DNA of 51,015 nt, counting the filler, from Sphacelaria rigidula (Eukaryota), in assembly GCA_964200075.2 (NCBI GenBank). It is 3 parts of 3 records of this genome, joined end to end, with 100 filler letters (N's around TTAATTAATTAA, not from the genome) between each part and the next. Parts side by side here need not be neighbours in the genome. Positions count along the whole stretch, not along the records: positions 34,080 to 51,015 come from CAXNAA020001212.1; 2 more parts are not named here. One strand, written 5' to 3'. The position numbers and the translations under genes were made by a program. The notes beneath the pieces are model-generated. The model saw only the letters and a program-made list of their open reading frames with translations, did not search any database and was not told where the DNA came from. Positions 38,976-50,917 of the stretch are shown here, in pieces. The stretch's first letter is position 1; every line of letters begins with the position of its first letter.

Positions 38976-41800
38976 ATGGCGCCGAGACCTGTTCTCTCAC
39001 GTTCCGACTCGGACTCAGAGAACAAGGTTGTGCGACCGGCTGAGTCATTGGTTCCTGACGGACATGCCAGTGAACCCATAACGGTGGATTCCGTTGCACA
39101 CCCATTGCTGCGTCCTGTTCTTCCGAATCCCAACGTAAAATCCGAAGTCAGAATTGTGCCCCCAGCTGAGTCGTTGCCCCTGGACATACGTGTTCAGCTT
39201 GGCCCTGTAACGGTTGCTTTAACCGTGGCATCCCATCGCATGACGGCTGACAACTCTCGAGACGATTTTGTCCCGACGAAGCGTATCGCTTCTGGAGCAA
39301 GAAACTTTGTCACGCGGGCGCTTCCGTCACGGACCCCCACCGCACGACTCTTGATACTCCCATGCGCCCTACTGTGCAGTTCAATGCCGGACCCGCAGTT
39401 GCGCCCATACATGCTGCCATGCAAACTCTGCATCGCACTTCATTGGCGTCGTCGCACTCGCCAGCTTCAGCTCTCATCGAGGCATTTATGGCTGTCTGCC
39501 AGGCCACGCTGCGAGAACAATCGGCGGCTGCTCACGTGCATTCAATGATGATTCTGCACCTCCCACGCCCAAACCCATACGTTTGGCACCCCGATCGGCG
39601 ACATCGCGTCCTCCGTTCGTCACTCGGGCAAAATTCAACGAACATGAGTCCAGACCCTCCTCAACGTCACACCAGAGGCTTACTCGCGCTTCTGGCCGGC
39701 GCCCCGCACCGAGACTTGGTCATGACCACGTCTCCCGTTCTGGCAGTTCTAAGGGCAACTCCCAGCAAAGCTTGAATTCATCGCGCATTTCTACACGCCG
39801 GAAGAACGTCGCTCATGGTCACACTTATGACTGTAGTTCATGTCACAGTTCCGACTCATCGCGCGCTCAGAAGCGCCCGGTGAATGCCGACCGTGAACAT
39901 ACTCATGAGGATGCCTTGCGGCAGAGATCAAGTTCTTCGCGCATACACTTGCGCTCGAAAAACACCGATCATGCACCCTCGCGCACCTCTCCTGCTCCAC
40001 ATCTGTCACACCGCCGTCATGTACGCAATGATAACACTGTACATGCTGACGATATCCGAAACATATTTTCAGATATGTCACCAGCTCTGGAATCCTCCAT
40101 TGGAGGGTCCAGCCGCACCTCATCGCACAACCGACGACCCCGCACTGACCGCGAATCACCGTCCCGCTCCGATGCTGCGACTATTTGCTCTCCAACAACG
40201 ATTGACAGAACTTGAGCGCCAACTCGCAATAATGGGCACCACAAGACCCGCTGCCGCTCTCGCCAAAAGCACCACGGACCCCTCTGGCGTTCCTGCAGCA
40301 ACTACTACCGCTACCGTGGCCGCTGCGCCTCCAGCCGCCCCAACGACGGCTCTTACAACCGCCGCCGCTCCGTCTGCCGTTGACACGGACGCCGACCGTG
40401 GTTCAACCACTGCCCCCGTGCGCTCGCCCCCATCCGTGGAGGTTCTCCCTCCGCTCGGCCACGAGCGCTGCCCGACTGACCTCCTTTTGAGGCTGTTCAC
40501 AAACCGCCCCCGCGCGGAACAGCTCCAACTTATTGATGACTACGCGTCACAGGCACCTACACTAGCCCGAAACATGCTCGATCAGCAACGTGATGCTGAC
40601 GCCGCCACTGTCCGCCTCCTTCTGGAGGACCACGCAGAGGAGCTAAGGGATCTTCAGCGGCAGGCCTCCAATGCTCAATGCACGAGCACGGCGGCGCAAC
40701 GAGCACTGCAGAAAAGGCCGTACTGCAGCCATGGCGGCTTAGAGGCGGGTCCGCGAGCTGGAAGACCATGTCCGGCGAACGGCTCAAGAAGCGGGCTCGT
40801 CGGTGGCGCGCTTATCCGATCATCAAGCCTCTTTCCGCTAATCACTTGCTCAGTGCCCGCCAGCCTCGCCAGCCAACGCCTAACAGGTCGACTTACGTCA
40901 TCCCACGTAAGTCCGACAAGACGTCGTCTGCTGCGGCCGCTGCCGCCCCCACGACGCCTCCGACACCGCCACCGCATGGAGCTAGCTCGGCGGCGAATGC
41001 CGTTTCTGCCCGAGACTTGCAACTGAGGCCCCACGAACGAGAGTGGTTTTCACGTCCCGTGGCCGCCTATACCGGTCCCTTCCAACGCCACAATCACCTT
41101 CATTGCTTCGGCGACGCATTGGCCCTTATCTCACAGCGAATGTGTTATGCTGTGGGGGTTTATGTGGACCAGGGTGGCGCCTGCCCCAGAGATGGCGTAT
41201 CAGTGCTCACCTTGGGCCAACTGGTCCTTCACACGACCATCGGTGATCATCCGGACCACGAGACTTACGTTGCTGCTGTCATTCAACTTTTTGCGGCGCT
41301 CCGTGCCGTCTACGACACTCATCGCGGCGCCACCATCGACGGAGACAGAGATGAAGATGGGTGGACTCCCGTTACCTCCAATTGCCGGGGCCAGGAGAAG
41401 AATCACAGGCGCGATGACGACGACAACGATGGTGGGAATTCACGCCGCCCCATGGCGGTGGAGGATCCTCTTCGGGCGGTTCCGGACCGAACCGCCCGCC
41501 TCGCAAACCGCACCGCAAGAACTCCGGAGGTGACTCTTCCAGTTCATCCACAACGGGCTGGAACCGATCTTGTACAGACCTTCCCCCCTCGGGTTCAGAG
41601 ACTTCCAAGCAAATGATCCCTAAATTGGCTGATGTTTTGGCCCGCATTTTAGGTTTATCCGATACGGACACACCCGACCGTCCTTTGTCTTTTACTGCAG
41701 CCCGCGCCTTAGCAACCGCTGCGGCTGACAAAGAACGTTCCAAAGCTAGCACAAAGCAGCTTCTGATAGAGCTGAATCTGCCCGAGTAACTGCAATATAG
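38976..41800 (+). pseudogene. Frameshifted coding-like region upstream of the gag core (extended gag or extra ORF)
   Basis: Overlapping plus-strand ORFs 38976-39548, 39583-40215, 39884-41026 and 40678-41616 with Ala/Pro/Thr-rich and helical segments. No recognised domain. Confidence 0.45.
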
Positions 41801-41815
41801 AGACAGTATATTCAG

Positions 41816-43162
41816 ATGGATGTGAAAAAACTCTGGCACATCAAAACCATGCCTGCTGCGGATAACGAAGATTCGGGCCAGTTTACCTTTGCCCTTATCA
41901 CGTCCATCCGCCGTTCTGTTTGTAACATCCTTCACTTGGCGGATGTGACTGGCACACAACGTTTCGAAGATTCCGACTGGGTAGAGGGCTGGCAGACTCC
42001 CTTGCACAGAGCAATGCATCGATCGATCAGCGGCCGCTCTCCCGACCTCGCTGCTTCTTTGACGCAGATTCACGACGGCTTCCTCGCCGAGATGGACCCG
42101 GACTGTGCCAAGGGGAAGACAGGCCCGGTATTACTCTCTGATTTGGAGAGGTGTTTGATCGGTTACTTCGATAAACGTGACCAGGCCAGTACCGTCCAGA
42201 GGCTAAGTATTTTTGTCGTCGCATTTGATGTCCCCTTCGCGGATTATCTCCGCGAATTTAAGCTTTTGGTTTCGCGTACGACAGGTGCCGGACGCCAGAA
42301 CGGACCGAGCGATGCAATGCGTCAGACTTTCGTTTGCAATAGCGTTGCTCAACAGTATCCAGCTCTGATGCCGTCGTTGTTTCCGGGTGTCTTGGCGCAT
42401 CGCGAGGTGCCTTACGCCTCCGTCGATACTATGTGGTCTACGTTTGTACACCAAGAGGGTAATCTAACGCCTTCCATACCTGGCAAACCTCGTACGTCTG
42501 TGCGTTCACAACCTGCGGTTGTGTCCTCCGCTCATGCCCAAGGGGCTCCCGGCAGGAATTCGAGCTCGTCTCGTGCTTCATGGACCCCCGACTCAGTCGC
42601 CGGTTCAGTTGTGCATGTGCAGGGTACCAGAGATGCATTTAGCGCGAGTTTTGATGGTTGGCCGTTTTCCGAGGAAAGTTGGGATGATGTTTATTTGACT
42701 TCAACAACGGCATTCATAACCGATGACCCCCATTTGTGGAACCCACTTCTTTCGTCTTCCGCTAGACGCAATTCGCTCAGCAGTCATGCTAACAGTTGCA
42801 TCAACTGTAGTGTTCAAGGCCACAGTATGCGCGACTGCGACAGTCCATGCATCAATGCCTTTGATCTCATGAACCCTGAATTACAGGACAATGAACCCGC
42901 GTGGCGCCGATGGCAAAAACGCATGCGCCACTACCGTCCACCCAATCGAAATTACCGTAACAATTCGAACCAACGTGGCAACAAAAGCTCTAATCGCAGT
43001 CGCCGGGAAAACAACAATCACGGAAGCCCTCGCCAGAACGATCGAAATTCTCGCGACCACAAACGTTCCGCTGATAGACACCAGCGGACGGGACCAACAC
43101 AAAGCTCTAATCCCAACACCAGAAACTGTGGTACCTTCACTACGGATCGCTTAGATCCATGA
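41816..43162 (+). pseudogene. gag: gag core with a CCHC zinc knuckle
   Basis: 448-aa ORF. FADYLREFKLL resembles a gag major homology region. CINCSVQGHSMRDC (CX2CX4HX4C) at 42797-42838 is followed by an R/N-rich basic tail. Confidence 0.8.
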
Positions 43163-43227
43163 CGTGCCGACGCCGGCGTTCTTCGGTCTTCCACGCCGTC
43201 GATAGCACGAGCGAAGACTTTCTCAAC

Positions 43228-43452
43228 ACAGCCCGCGGAGTCCGTGTCTAAAATTGCTCACTCGACTCCCCCGGCACTATCCAGGAGCGTAACTGACGGC
43301 CGTTCGAATCGACCCCCGTCTCTAACCTCCACACAATTTTCAATACAGCCCGCAGAGCCTGTGACTACGATTGTCCACCCGGCTCCCCCGGCACTATGCA
43401 GGAGTGCAACTGACGGCCGTTCATATCGACCCCCGTCTTCACCCCTCCACAC
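43228..43452 (+). repeat. Direct repeat with a period of about 117 bp in the gag-protease spacer
   Basis: cagcccgc.gag...ctcccccggcactat.caggag...aactgacggccgttc..atcgacccccgtct...ctccacaca occurs twice. The peptides are PALSRSVTDGRSNRPPS and PALCRSATDGRSYRPPS. Confidence 0.85.
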
Positions 43453-44359
43453 ACCGCGTAACAGTTGTGTCATCCCGCGACTCAGACCTACACCCGGCTT
43501 TGAACTTGGTCCTTCAGTGTCGAGTATAAGTCTGAGGTGTGGGAAAACAAACCGCCAGTCCCTGAGGCAAAGGCTTCCCTCAGCGACCACACGCATAGGT
43601 AGTAGCAAGCTATTTTCAGTTGACCCAAGTGTTGCTGATTTGAACTTGACCATGTCAGAGAATTTAATTCCCAATCAGTTGGATCGAGCTCCTTCCCCGC
43701 GATCTTCAACACGCACGGACCTACCTTCGGCCGGTTTTACGAACAACCGCCCCAACATATCTTCGGCTATGCCCCAACAGCCAAGCTTGCCTAAGGAACG
43801 CAGCCCACAAGTTTCGCTCCGTCATGCTCCGATGCTGACCCCATCCACGTAACTGGACGCAGTTGTGGTTTCATCCCAAAATGTGGTAGAAGTTCCCCGA
43901 CCTTTATCACGGCGAAAGCGAAAGCCCCGTAAGCATGACCCCAAGGACGCGCGCGCATCATTACGTACACCTGTGTCGAGCGGAAATCCTCGACCCCAAT
44001 CCCTCCAAAATGCGACGACTTTGAGTTCGACGGTTCTATCAAGTATCCCGGAGGAAATAAAATCAAATAATTCTGACGGCACTACTTCTTCAATCCATGA
44101 CTCCAGCCCCGCACATTCTGAATCCCCCTTCGATGGTGATCCCTGTCAACCAAAGACGATCATTTACGAAATCGCTAATAGTCACCCTGACCGTGCCACA
44201 CCTGGAAATAATATACCGCCCACCTCCTTCTCTGGTGAGAAAACTGACCCACAGGCGGATCACCCGCCGTGTGATTTTGCTGTCAGCCCCGCTGATCCTG
44301 ACCAGTCTACCTTGCCGGAACACGGTCCGGATCTTGTCGGCGGTGAAGTGTCTGTAGAT

Positions 44360-44839
44360 GCGGCCACTTTCACTACTCGCGTTGCGATCCATTCCGGTCC
44401 AAACGCTATCACGTCTACGAAATGCGTATCCTTGTTGGACAGCGGCAGCCCGCAAACATTTATTTGAGAATCAACATGGAACCACATGAAGCAGACTGGC
44501 GCTGCTACTGCAGCTTGCGAAACCACCACCAAACCTCGCGTGTGGGGCGGTTTTGATGATTCTGCCGCACCACTGACGACACGCAAATCCGTAAGAGTCA
44601 GTGAGCAATTCTTTCACAACACCACTCGATCTACCAGCCTGGTAGTCTGGGCATACTTTGTCTCTGACAGCACAATGCATCACGCCATATTATTGGGCAG
44701 AGCCAGCGATATGCGGTTTAATAAACGCACCTACCGCACGCTTCCACCACTAACGCCACATTCCCCGCCACGTGGAGAATTCAACCTCGAGCACTTCGGT
44801 ACTCTCCACGGCGCCCTGGCTTATCAGAAGAATCCTTAA
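44360..44839 (+). pseudogene. pol: Aspartic protease domain
   Basis: LLDSGSPQTFI at 44432, an in-frame TGA at 44465, then a downstream ILLGR motif. Confidence 0.85.
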
Positions 44840-45372
44840 GCAACCGGAGCTGTTTACCACATACGATACAACGGTAGCGTGGGTATTACACTCTCCGACG
44901 ACCCCCAACTTCTTGAAACGTTGCACTAGTTCGCCGAAGTGGCATGCCAGCACTTACGTGCCATTATCTTGCCGAAATCTTACCCCGTATTGGCGCACCA
45001 GCCGACACAGAACATTTTTTGTCGGCGGGACAACAACTCCTCCCTCTTACGGGTCATCCTAACTTGGAACCTAGCGATGTTTTAGGAATCGCCGCTGTTC
45101 CCCTGGTGCACATCCCACTCGAGACGTGCGTCACAGAGCCTGCCGCGCCAAACGCCACATCTCCGGTGGAGTCAGTCCAATGTGTCGATGAGCCTTATTT
45201 CGACCTCGCCTCTGCGACTCCACCGCAGGTCCACACCGTGGATCCTGCCCAGTCAAATTTCGATCCTCCTGCTGAAGTGCTTCAACGCTTATCACCAGAT
45301 TCTCAGAATACTTTCTTGCACATGTGGAACCAACTGCCGCCACACATGCGCGACATCAATTTTTTACCTTAA

Positions 45373-46780
45373 TGGGCCCGGCTGGGAACCAGCAGTCATC
45401 CAAGAACTCAGTGATGTCCTGCTACAGTACGAAAACCGATTTTCCCGATCCAAGGCGGATCTTGGGCATTGCAAAACACTGCCCTTTGAGGTTACCCTCC
45501 AACCCGGTGTCTCGCCGATTTCTTCTCGGCCATACCGAACAACCCCGATCCTTACCAAGAAAGTTAACGCCATCTTAGATGCGTATCTGGGAGCGGGATT
45601 AATACAGCATTCCTCCTCTCCTTTGGCCTCGCCCCTTGAGGTAGTCCCCCAAAAGGATGGAAACACACGCATAACCGTGAATTACCAACGGTTGAACCGC
45701 GTCACTGTGGTCGGTAAACTTCAATTCCCCGCATTGATGACGTCTTCGACTCCTTAGGCGAAGGAGAAATATTCAGCACCTTCGACCTCGCTTCTGGATT
45801 GTTTCAAAATGCTATACACCCTGACACAGTCCCACTGACGGGTTTTTGTGCCTCGTCCGGACGCTACGAGTGGCTTCGGATGCCACAAGGCGCCGCCACT
45901 GCCCCGGGATGCTTTCAACGCTCAATGCAACGCGTCACCGAGGACCTCGAGAACATCATCATGTACCCGAATGACGCCATCGCTTTCGATGACTCACCTA
46001 TTGCACATATCCGCACTCTACGAGAATTTCTCTCTCGCCTACGCACGCACGATTTGAAACTGTCCAAAGCTCGCCTTGGTGCGGCTGACTTGGATTTCTT
46101 GGGGCATTCCATTTCGCCAGCAGGCCTGCATCCGGATACAAAGTCAAGGCGATGACTAATTTGCCGACGCCAACGAACATTTCTCAACTTTGCTCATTGT
46201 TGGGCGGGCTGTCCTACTACCGCAATGTTTTGCCGAATTTATCTCAACGGATTCGCCCCCTCACTGAGCTACTCAAGAAAGGAGCCGTGTTTCTTTCACA
46301 GCCGAAATGGAGAATACCACCCGCGAATAACTCAAGACGCTCACCGAAAAGCCCGCTCTTTGCTTCCCTGATTGGGAGGCAGTACAAGATGGCTCTCGCC
46401 TCTTCCAACTCCACACTGGCGCCAGCACAAACGGATTTGGAGGAGTTTTGAAACCTCAGGTTGATGACTCCATACGACCCATCCTTTATATCAGCCGCGC
46501 TACCCTGCCCAACGAGACCAACTGGAGCCCGCTAGAACTGGAAGGTGGAGTAATCACTTGGGCCATTAAGCGCCTTCGACAATATCTGTTTCACGTGCCC
46601 TTCGAGATCTATACGGATCACGGAGCTCTTGAACAACTCGCCAAGGTTGGCGAACACAACGCTCGTGTACAACGATGGTTAGGGTTTCTAACAGCATACC
46701 AGTATACGATCAAGCACCGTCCAGGCAAAACCAACGGGAACGCTGATGTTCTTTCCCGCCTACGGCCGCAGATTCCAGCC
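45373..46780 (+). pseudogene. pol: Reverse transcriptase and RNase H (disrupted)
   Basis: RT motifs PYR, SPLASPLEVVPQKDG...VNYQRLN, FSTFDLASG, YEWLRMPQG...APGCFQR. The catalytic YxDD reads YPND. RNase H: ISRATLPNETNWSPLELE...YTDH...NADVLSR. Several frameshifts. Confidence 0.92.
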
Positions 46781-48451
46781 CGGCTTGCCGTTTAACGGAA
46801 CCCAATGAACCTGGAATTTACGCGATTAGACGTTTTTCAACGCCCATTTACGCCCTCGAGCTCCAGTGCCCGGGAGCCGGTATGCATATTGGAGGGCCTT
46901 ACCCTCTACCGTATGACGCTGCCTTGGATGGATTAAAGCCCACTACCTCCGATTTTGTCGATTTTCGCACTTTCCGTACTCGCTCGAAACTGCTCGCGGA
47001 GACACCTCCAGTCACCCACCGAATCTCCGACAACACGCGCTCCCGGGTTGCCGCCCGCACCACACCGAGTGCCCCGCTGCCACCAACAACACCTGCAACC
47101 TCTATATGAGCCACCCAGCACAAGTTCCACGGACCAACACGCAACGCTCCGCGAAACCTTCTGCACCGTGCACCACGAGCCGCGGGCAATCTTTGCCGCG
47201 CACTGATACAACCCCGCCGCCCACCACGGCGCCGCCAACATTTACCGCTGACGAGCACGGCGCTGACGACTTAGCTCCGGCCTCCGGGACAGATATTGAC
47301 GAAATTTCTGCCCTGCCGCCTATTCCCCCGCCGCCTGCCCCACCATGTTTGGTCGGCTCGCCAGCGGAAGGTCAACTACGCGAGTTTCTCGCCAGCTACT
47401 CCCACCGCCATTGGGCTCGCGAACAAAACGCAGAACCGCTATGTCGCGCAGCCACCCGATACTTACAACTCGACTGTCCAGTCCCTTTTCCATCCACACT
47501 TTTGGCCCCGGTTGGCACACTGCCACCATCAGTCATTTCTGACGTATACGAGCTCGTGCGTAGAGGCACCCTTTTTCTACGGATGAAGGTGTGCAACTAC
47601 TCGTGCATCGGCCCACGCCTTTGACAGGCGCAATTTCCGCCTCAACCACGGGACGCACCGCACGACTACTCAATGACAAACCAACGCGAATATATGTGCC
47701 ATTATTAATGCGCCCCTAGGTCATGAAAGGCTGCCACACAGACTTATCATGTCACCTTGGCGTCACCCGCACCCTCGCGCTCGTGAAACCCTTCTACTGG
47801 TGGGTTGGCATGGAAATTCAACCCGCTTCTGGATTTGGCGATGCTTCAGATGCCAAGCCCGAAAACCTTCACGACGGACAGTACGCTGGCCCGTCCTCTC
47901 TATGGGACTCCCCGACGAGCCCGGCCACCTTGTGTCCTTTGACTACTTTGGCCCTCTACCGACCACAGGTCGCCGCAACACCTACATCTTACTCTTCATT
48001 GATCGCTTCAGCCGCCACGCGTCCATGTACGCGGTAACAACCGCAGATTTCACTGCCGCCGGAACGGCCGACATATTGGTCCAAGATTACATTAAGCACT
48101 ACGGTTGCCCAAAGCGACTCCTTTTAGACAATGGTCAGCAATTTTGCTCGGACCTCTCTGATGAGCTTTTCAAGCTTCTGGGCATCCGCAAAATTGCCAC
48201 GAGCGCCTACCACCGAACGGTAACGGTGGTACCGAAAGAGTTAATCACACCATGGCCTAGATGTTTTCTATGGTTGTCAATGACCGCCAAAATGACTGGG
48301 ACCTACATCTCTCGCACATCATGTTGCCCTGCAACAACTCGGTTAATGCCGCCACAGGCCTTTCTCCGAACAAACTCCATCTTGGACGTTACGCTCGGCT
48401 GCCTATCACCGTGTATGAGCGACACACGTTCGACGGCCACCAAGGACTAGA

Positions 48452-48701
48452 GACTGCTGCCGAGATAGCCCCCCCCCAAACCGGCCAAAACCGTGCACGG
48501 GGGTGATACTCATAAATGCCGTTAGAGCTAGTTTCTTGCTGCCCGACGCGACTTATTTAGGCGTCGAAGCTGATTTCGCCCTCGCTACACACCTCTCATG
48601 TGGGCGAAGTTGCTGTAAACGAGCCCAACAGTGGAATCGCAGCCGGTTTGCCGGACGGTCTTCGGTGCACATTTTGTAGGGGGGCTATCTCGGCATTAGT
48701 C
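48452..48701. mobile_element. MITE (family D) nested in the integrase
   Basis: TIRs gactgctgccgagatagcccccc...ggggggctatctcggcattagtc. Removing it restores ggactagatcagg (GHQGLDQD). The TSD is TAGA, or AG if the ends are read as agact/agtct. Confidence 0.88.
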
Positions 48702-48986
48702 TAGATCAGGATTAGATATCCTACCACGAGCTAGCGCATGCGCGACAATGCAAAGCGTTTACCCTCGTGTGCGAACAACACGCTATCCACGCCTCGCGCC
48801 TAGAGAGATCTGACACTGCTCTCTACAATCCCATGCACAAACGCCCTAACTGGAACGTTGGTGATTGGGTTTGGATCTACAACAGTTTGTCGACCATCCG
48901 CCAGGGCACCAGCAAGGCAGCCAATTTAACAATCTTGAAAACAAAACTGTCCCTCAATTGAACAGGACCATTCAAGATCCTGACAG

Positions 48987-49239
48987 GAGTGATGCTACGG
49001 TACGGTTGCACTTTTTGAGCGAAAATGTTTCTCGGCGTGTTGCACGGATCATGTTGAGAGTCGGCATCATTTTCACTTGAAAAAGACTGAAAACGATGCC
49101 GGTTCACGAAAAAGCCCCTGTGTGCATCTCCATGTCCTGTCCCCGGAGATTTGGGCTGCACAGTGAGCGTCATATATTTGGGCTCCTACAAAAACGAGAC
49201 CCAGAAACAAAAAATGCAACCCCTACCGTAGCATTGCTC
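48987..49239 (+). mobile_element. Sola-like MITE (family B) nested in the integrase
   Basis: Termini gagtgatgctacggta...taccgtagcattgctc with 4-bp flanks acag and atag. Removing it restores GPFKILTVGP. Confidence 0.88.
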
Positions 49240-50350
49240 ATAGTCGGACCATTGTTATCATCACCGGATGAAAAAGCAGTTGGTGACAAGCTGCTCTATC
49301 TCGACTTACCTCGCGACTTCCAGGGCAAAGACACCAAGCCCGGCGTCTCCGTCCAGAGATGAAAACCCTGCACGAACCCGCATGATACAAGTGACATGCC
49401 TAAGTGAACTCACACAGTATGTTCTCAAGAGCTACTCGACCAAGTCCCCGCCCTGCCACGTTACAACCGACGACGTGACGGAACAGCCCCTTCGATTGAT
49501 CGTGTCCTCCATTTCCGGCCACCAGACAACCCCTGGTCGAGGAGGCAAGACCGCTGTCATGTATAAGACCCACTGGCACGGTCTTCGGAGAGCGTCTTGG
49601 AAACGCGAATCCGACCTGCAATTGCACCGCCGTGCAATCCTCCTGTACTGGACGCAATCCCAACATCAGCATCTTGCTCACAACAAGAAATATCGCAACA
49701 TGCGTCGTGGCGCAGCAGCCCGCGAACTTCACCGCAATCGGGGACTATGCTTCGTCGCCGATGGTCATGAACTTGTACCCACCAAAACTTGTAAGACGAA
49801 GTTCTTCGCGAACCAGCAACTCCTGCCCAAGAGCAGCTACCTTTGGTTCAAAGGCAGGGACAACCTCTGGTGGTTGGGTCAGACCCACTCCGCTAACCTG
49901 GTTTCGGCCGACACATACATCGTGCGCTTCATTGATGACCCTGGACCCATACAGCTCAAACTTTGGCCAGCACTATACACCACCAGCCCATCTACACCAC
50001 GTGGATCCTGGTGTCTCCAGCGCCTCAAGTCCAAAGGGCTTCGCCGTGGTCTCCAGCGCAACATCGACCACACCCACGACGTCCACGCCCCGCTTTGAGC
50101 GACGCTTCCTTGTCGCGACTGTTGCCCCACCCCCACTTTTTTTCCCGTAAGCATTGCGGGACGCCCCTCCTCCACCAGGACCCTCTTCTGCGACATCACA
50201 ACAGCGCGACCTACATCGGACGACGATCAAGAATGAATTTAGTGGACGACCACCACCCACGACTACTGGAGCTATAGTATCCCCTTGCGACTGGTGCTCG
50301 ATCTCGTTGGATCACCGATTTTCAGATTTCCGATCTTGCAATTTTTAGCA

Positions 50351-50517
50351 CCTTTGGATTCCCCCTGGTTGAAGCTCTGCTCCCTGTTGTACCTTTGGAT
50401 TCCCCTAGGTTGAAGCTCCGCTCCCTGTTGTACCTTTGGATTTCCCCAGGTTGAAGCTCTGCTCCCTGTTGTACCTTTGGCTTCCCCCAGGTTAGAGCTC
50501 TGCTCCCTGTTGTACCT
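50351..50517 (+). repeat. 41-bp tandem array (4 copies) in the retrotransposon 3' UTR
   Basis: Unit cctttggattccccc(a/t)ggttgaagctctgctccctgttgta starts at 50351, 50392, 50433 and 50474, with no spacers. Confidence 0.95.
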
Positions 50518-50835
50518 CCCTGCTCCTCCCTCTTAAACTATGCTAGGACGCCGAAACAATTTGTGCTTCTTCGTTAATCGCTAGCATGCAGAAGCAGTTT
50601 GTGCTTCCGCGTTTTGGAACAGTTTTTCTGCTCCTCGAAGCAGTCTATGCTTCCCTTCTTTCGGGGTGTGGGAGTGGATACAGGATTGTTGGTACGGTAG
50701 TGTTAGGTACGGGAGTGTTTCCTTAGGTATGCTTTATTAGCCGCTCATCACTTTACGGGTAAAGAAAAACATTAGTTTTCGCTGCTCTGAGGTTAAATTC
50801 CGCAGCTGTCATAGAGGTTCGTCTGGGTGGGTTAG

Positions 50836-50917
50836 TGTCATGAAGACGAATATTAGCTTGCTGTCATGCCGCTTCAGACCCGTTGTCGAGTCTGGCTTTC
50901 GGTATTTCGCGTATTCC
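50836..50917 (+). repeat. Start of the 3' LTR, interrupted by an insertion
   Basis: Matches 36671-36752 and is preceded by a G-rich, PPT-like gggtgggttag. Confidence 0.85.

Larger units (their letters stand above)
47700..50098 (+). pseudogene. pol: Integrase (HHCC, DDE core, GPF/Y motif) plus chromodomain and a Tudor-like tail; split by two MITEs
   Basis: CHTDLSCHLGVTRT...CFRC; SFDYFG...LLDNGQQF; *TGPFKIL at about 48959-48982; VSSISGH...MYKTHWHG...SWKRESDL; YLWFKGRDNLWWLGQ...YIVRFIDD; stop at 50098. Confidence 0.88.
36671..50917 (+). mobile_element. Ty3/Gypsy LTR retrotransposon with a chromodomain, decayed, at least 14.2 kb
   Basis: Both LTR starts begin TGTCATGAAG (36671 and 50836). Internal order gag-CCHC, PR, RT, RNase H, INT is the Gypsy order. 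Many stops and frameshifts. Confidence 0.92.

Noticed and set aside
50351-50517. Possible CRISPR array
   Set aside because: Units are contiguous with no unique spacers, there are no cas genes, and the context is a eukaryotic retrotransposon.
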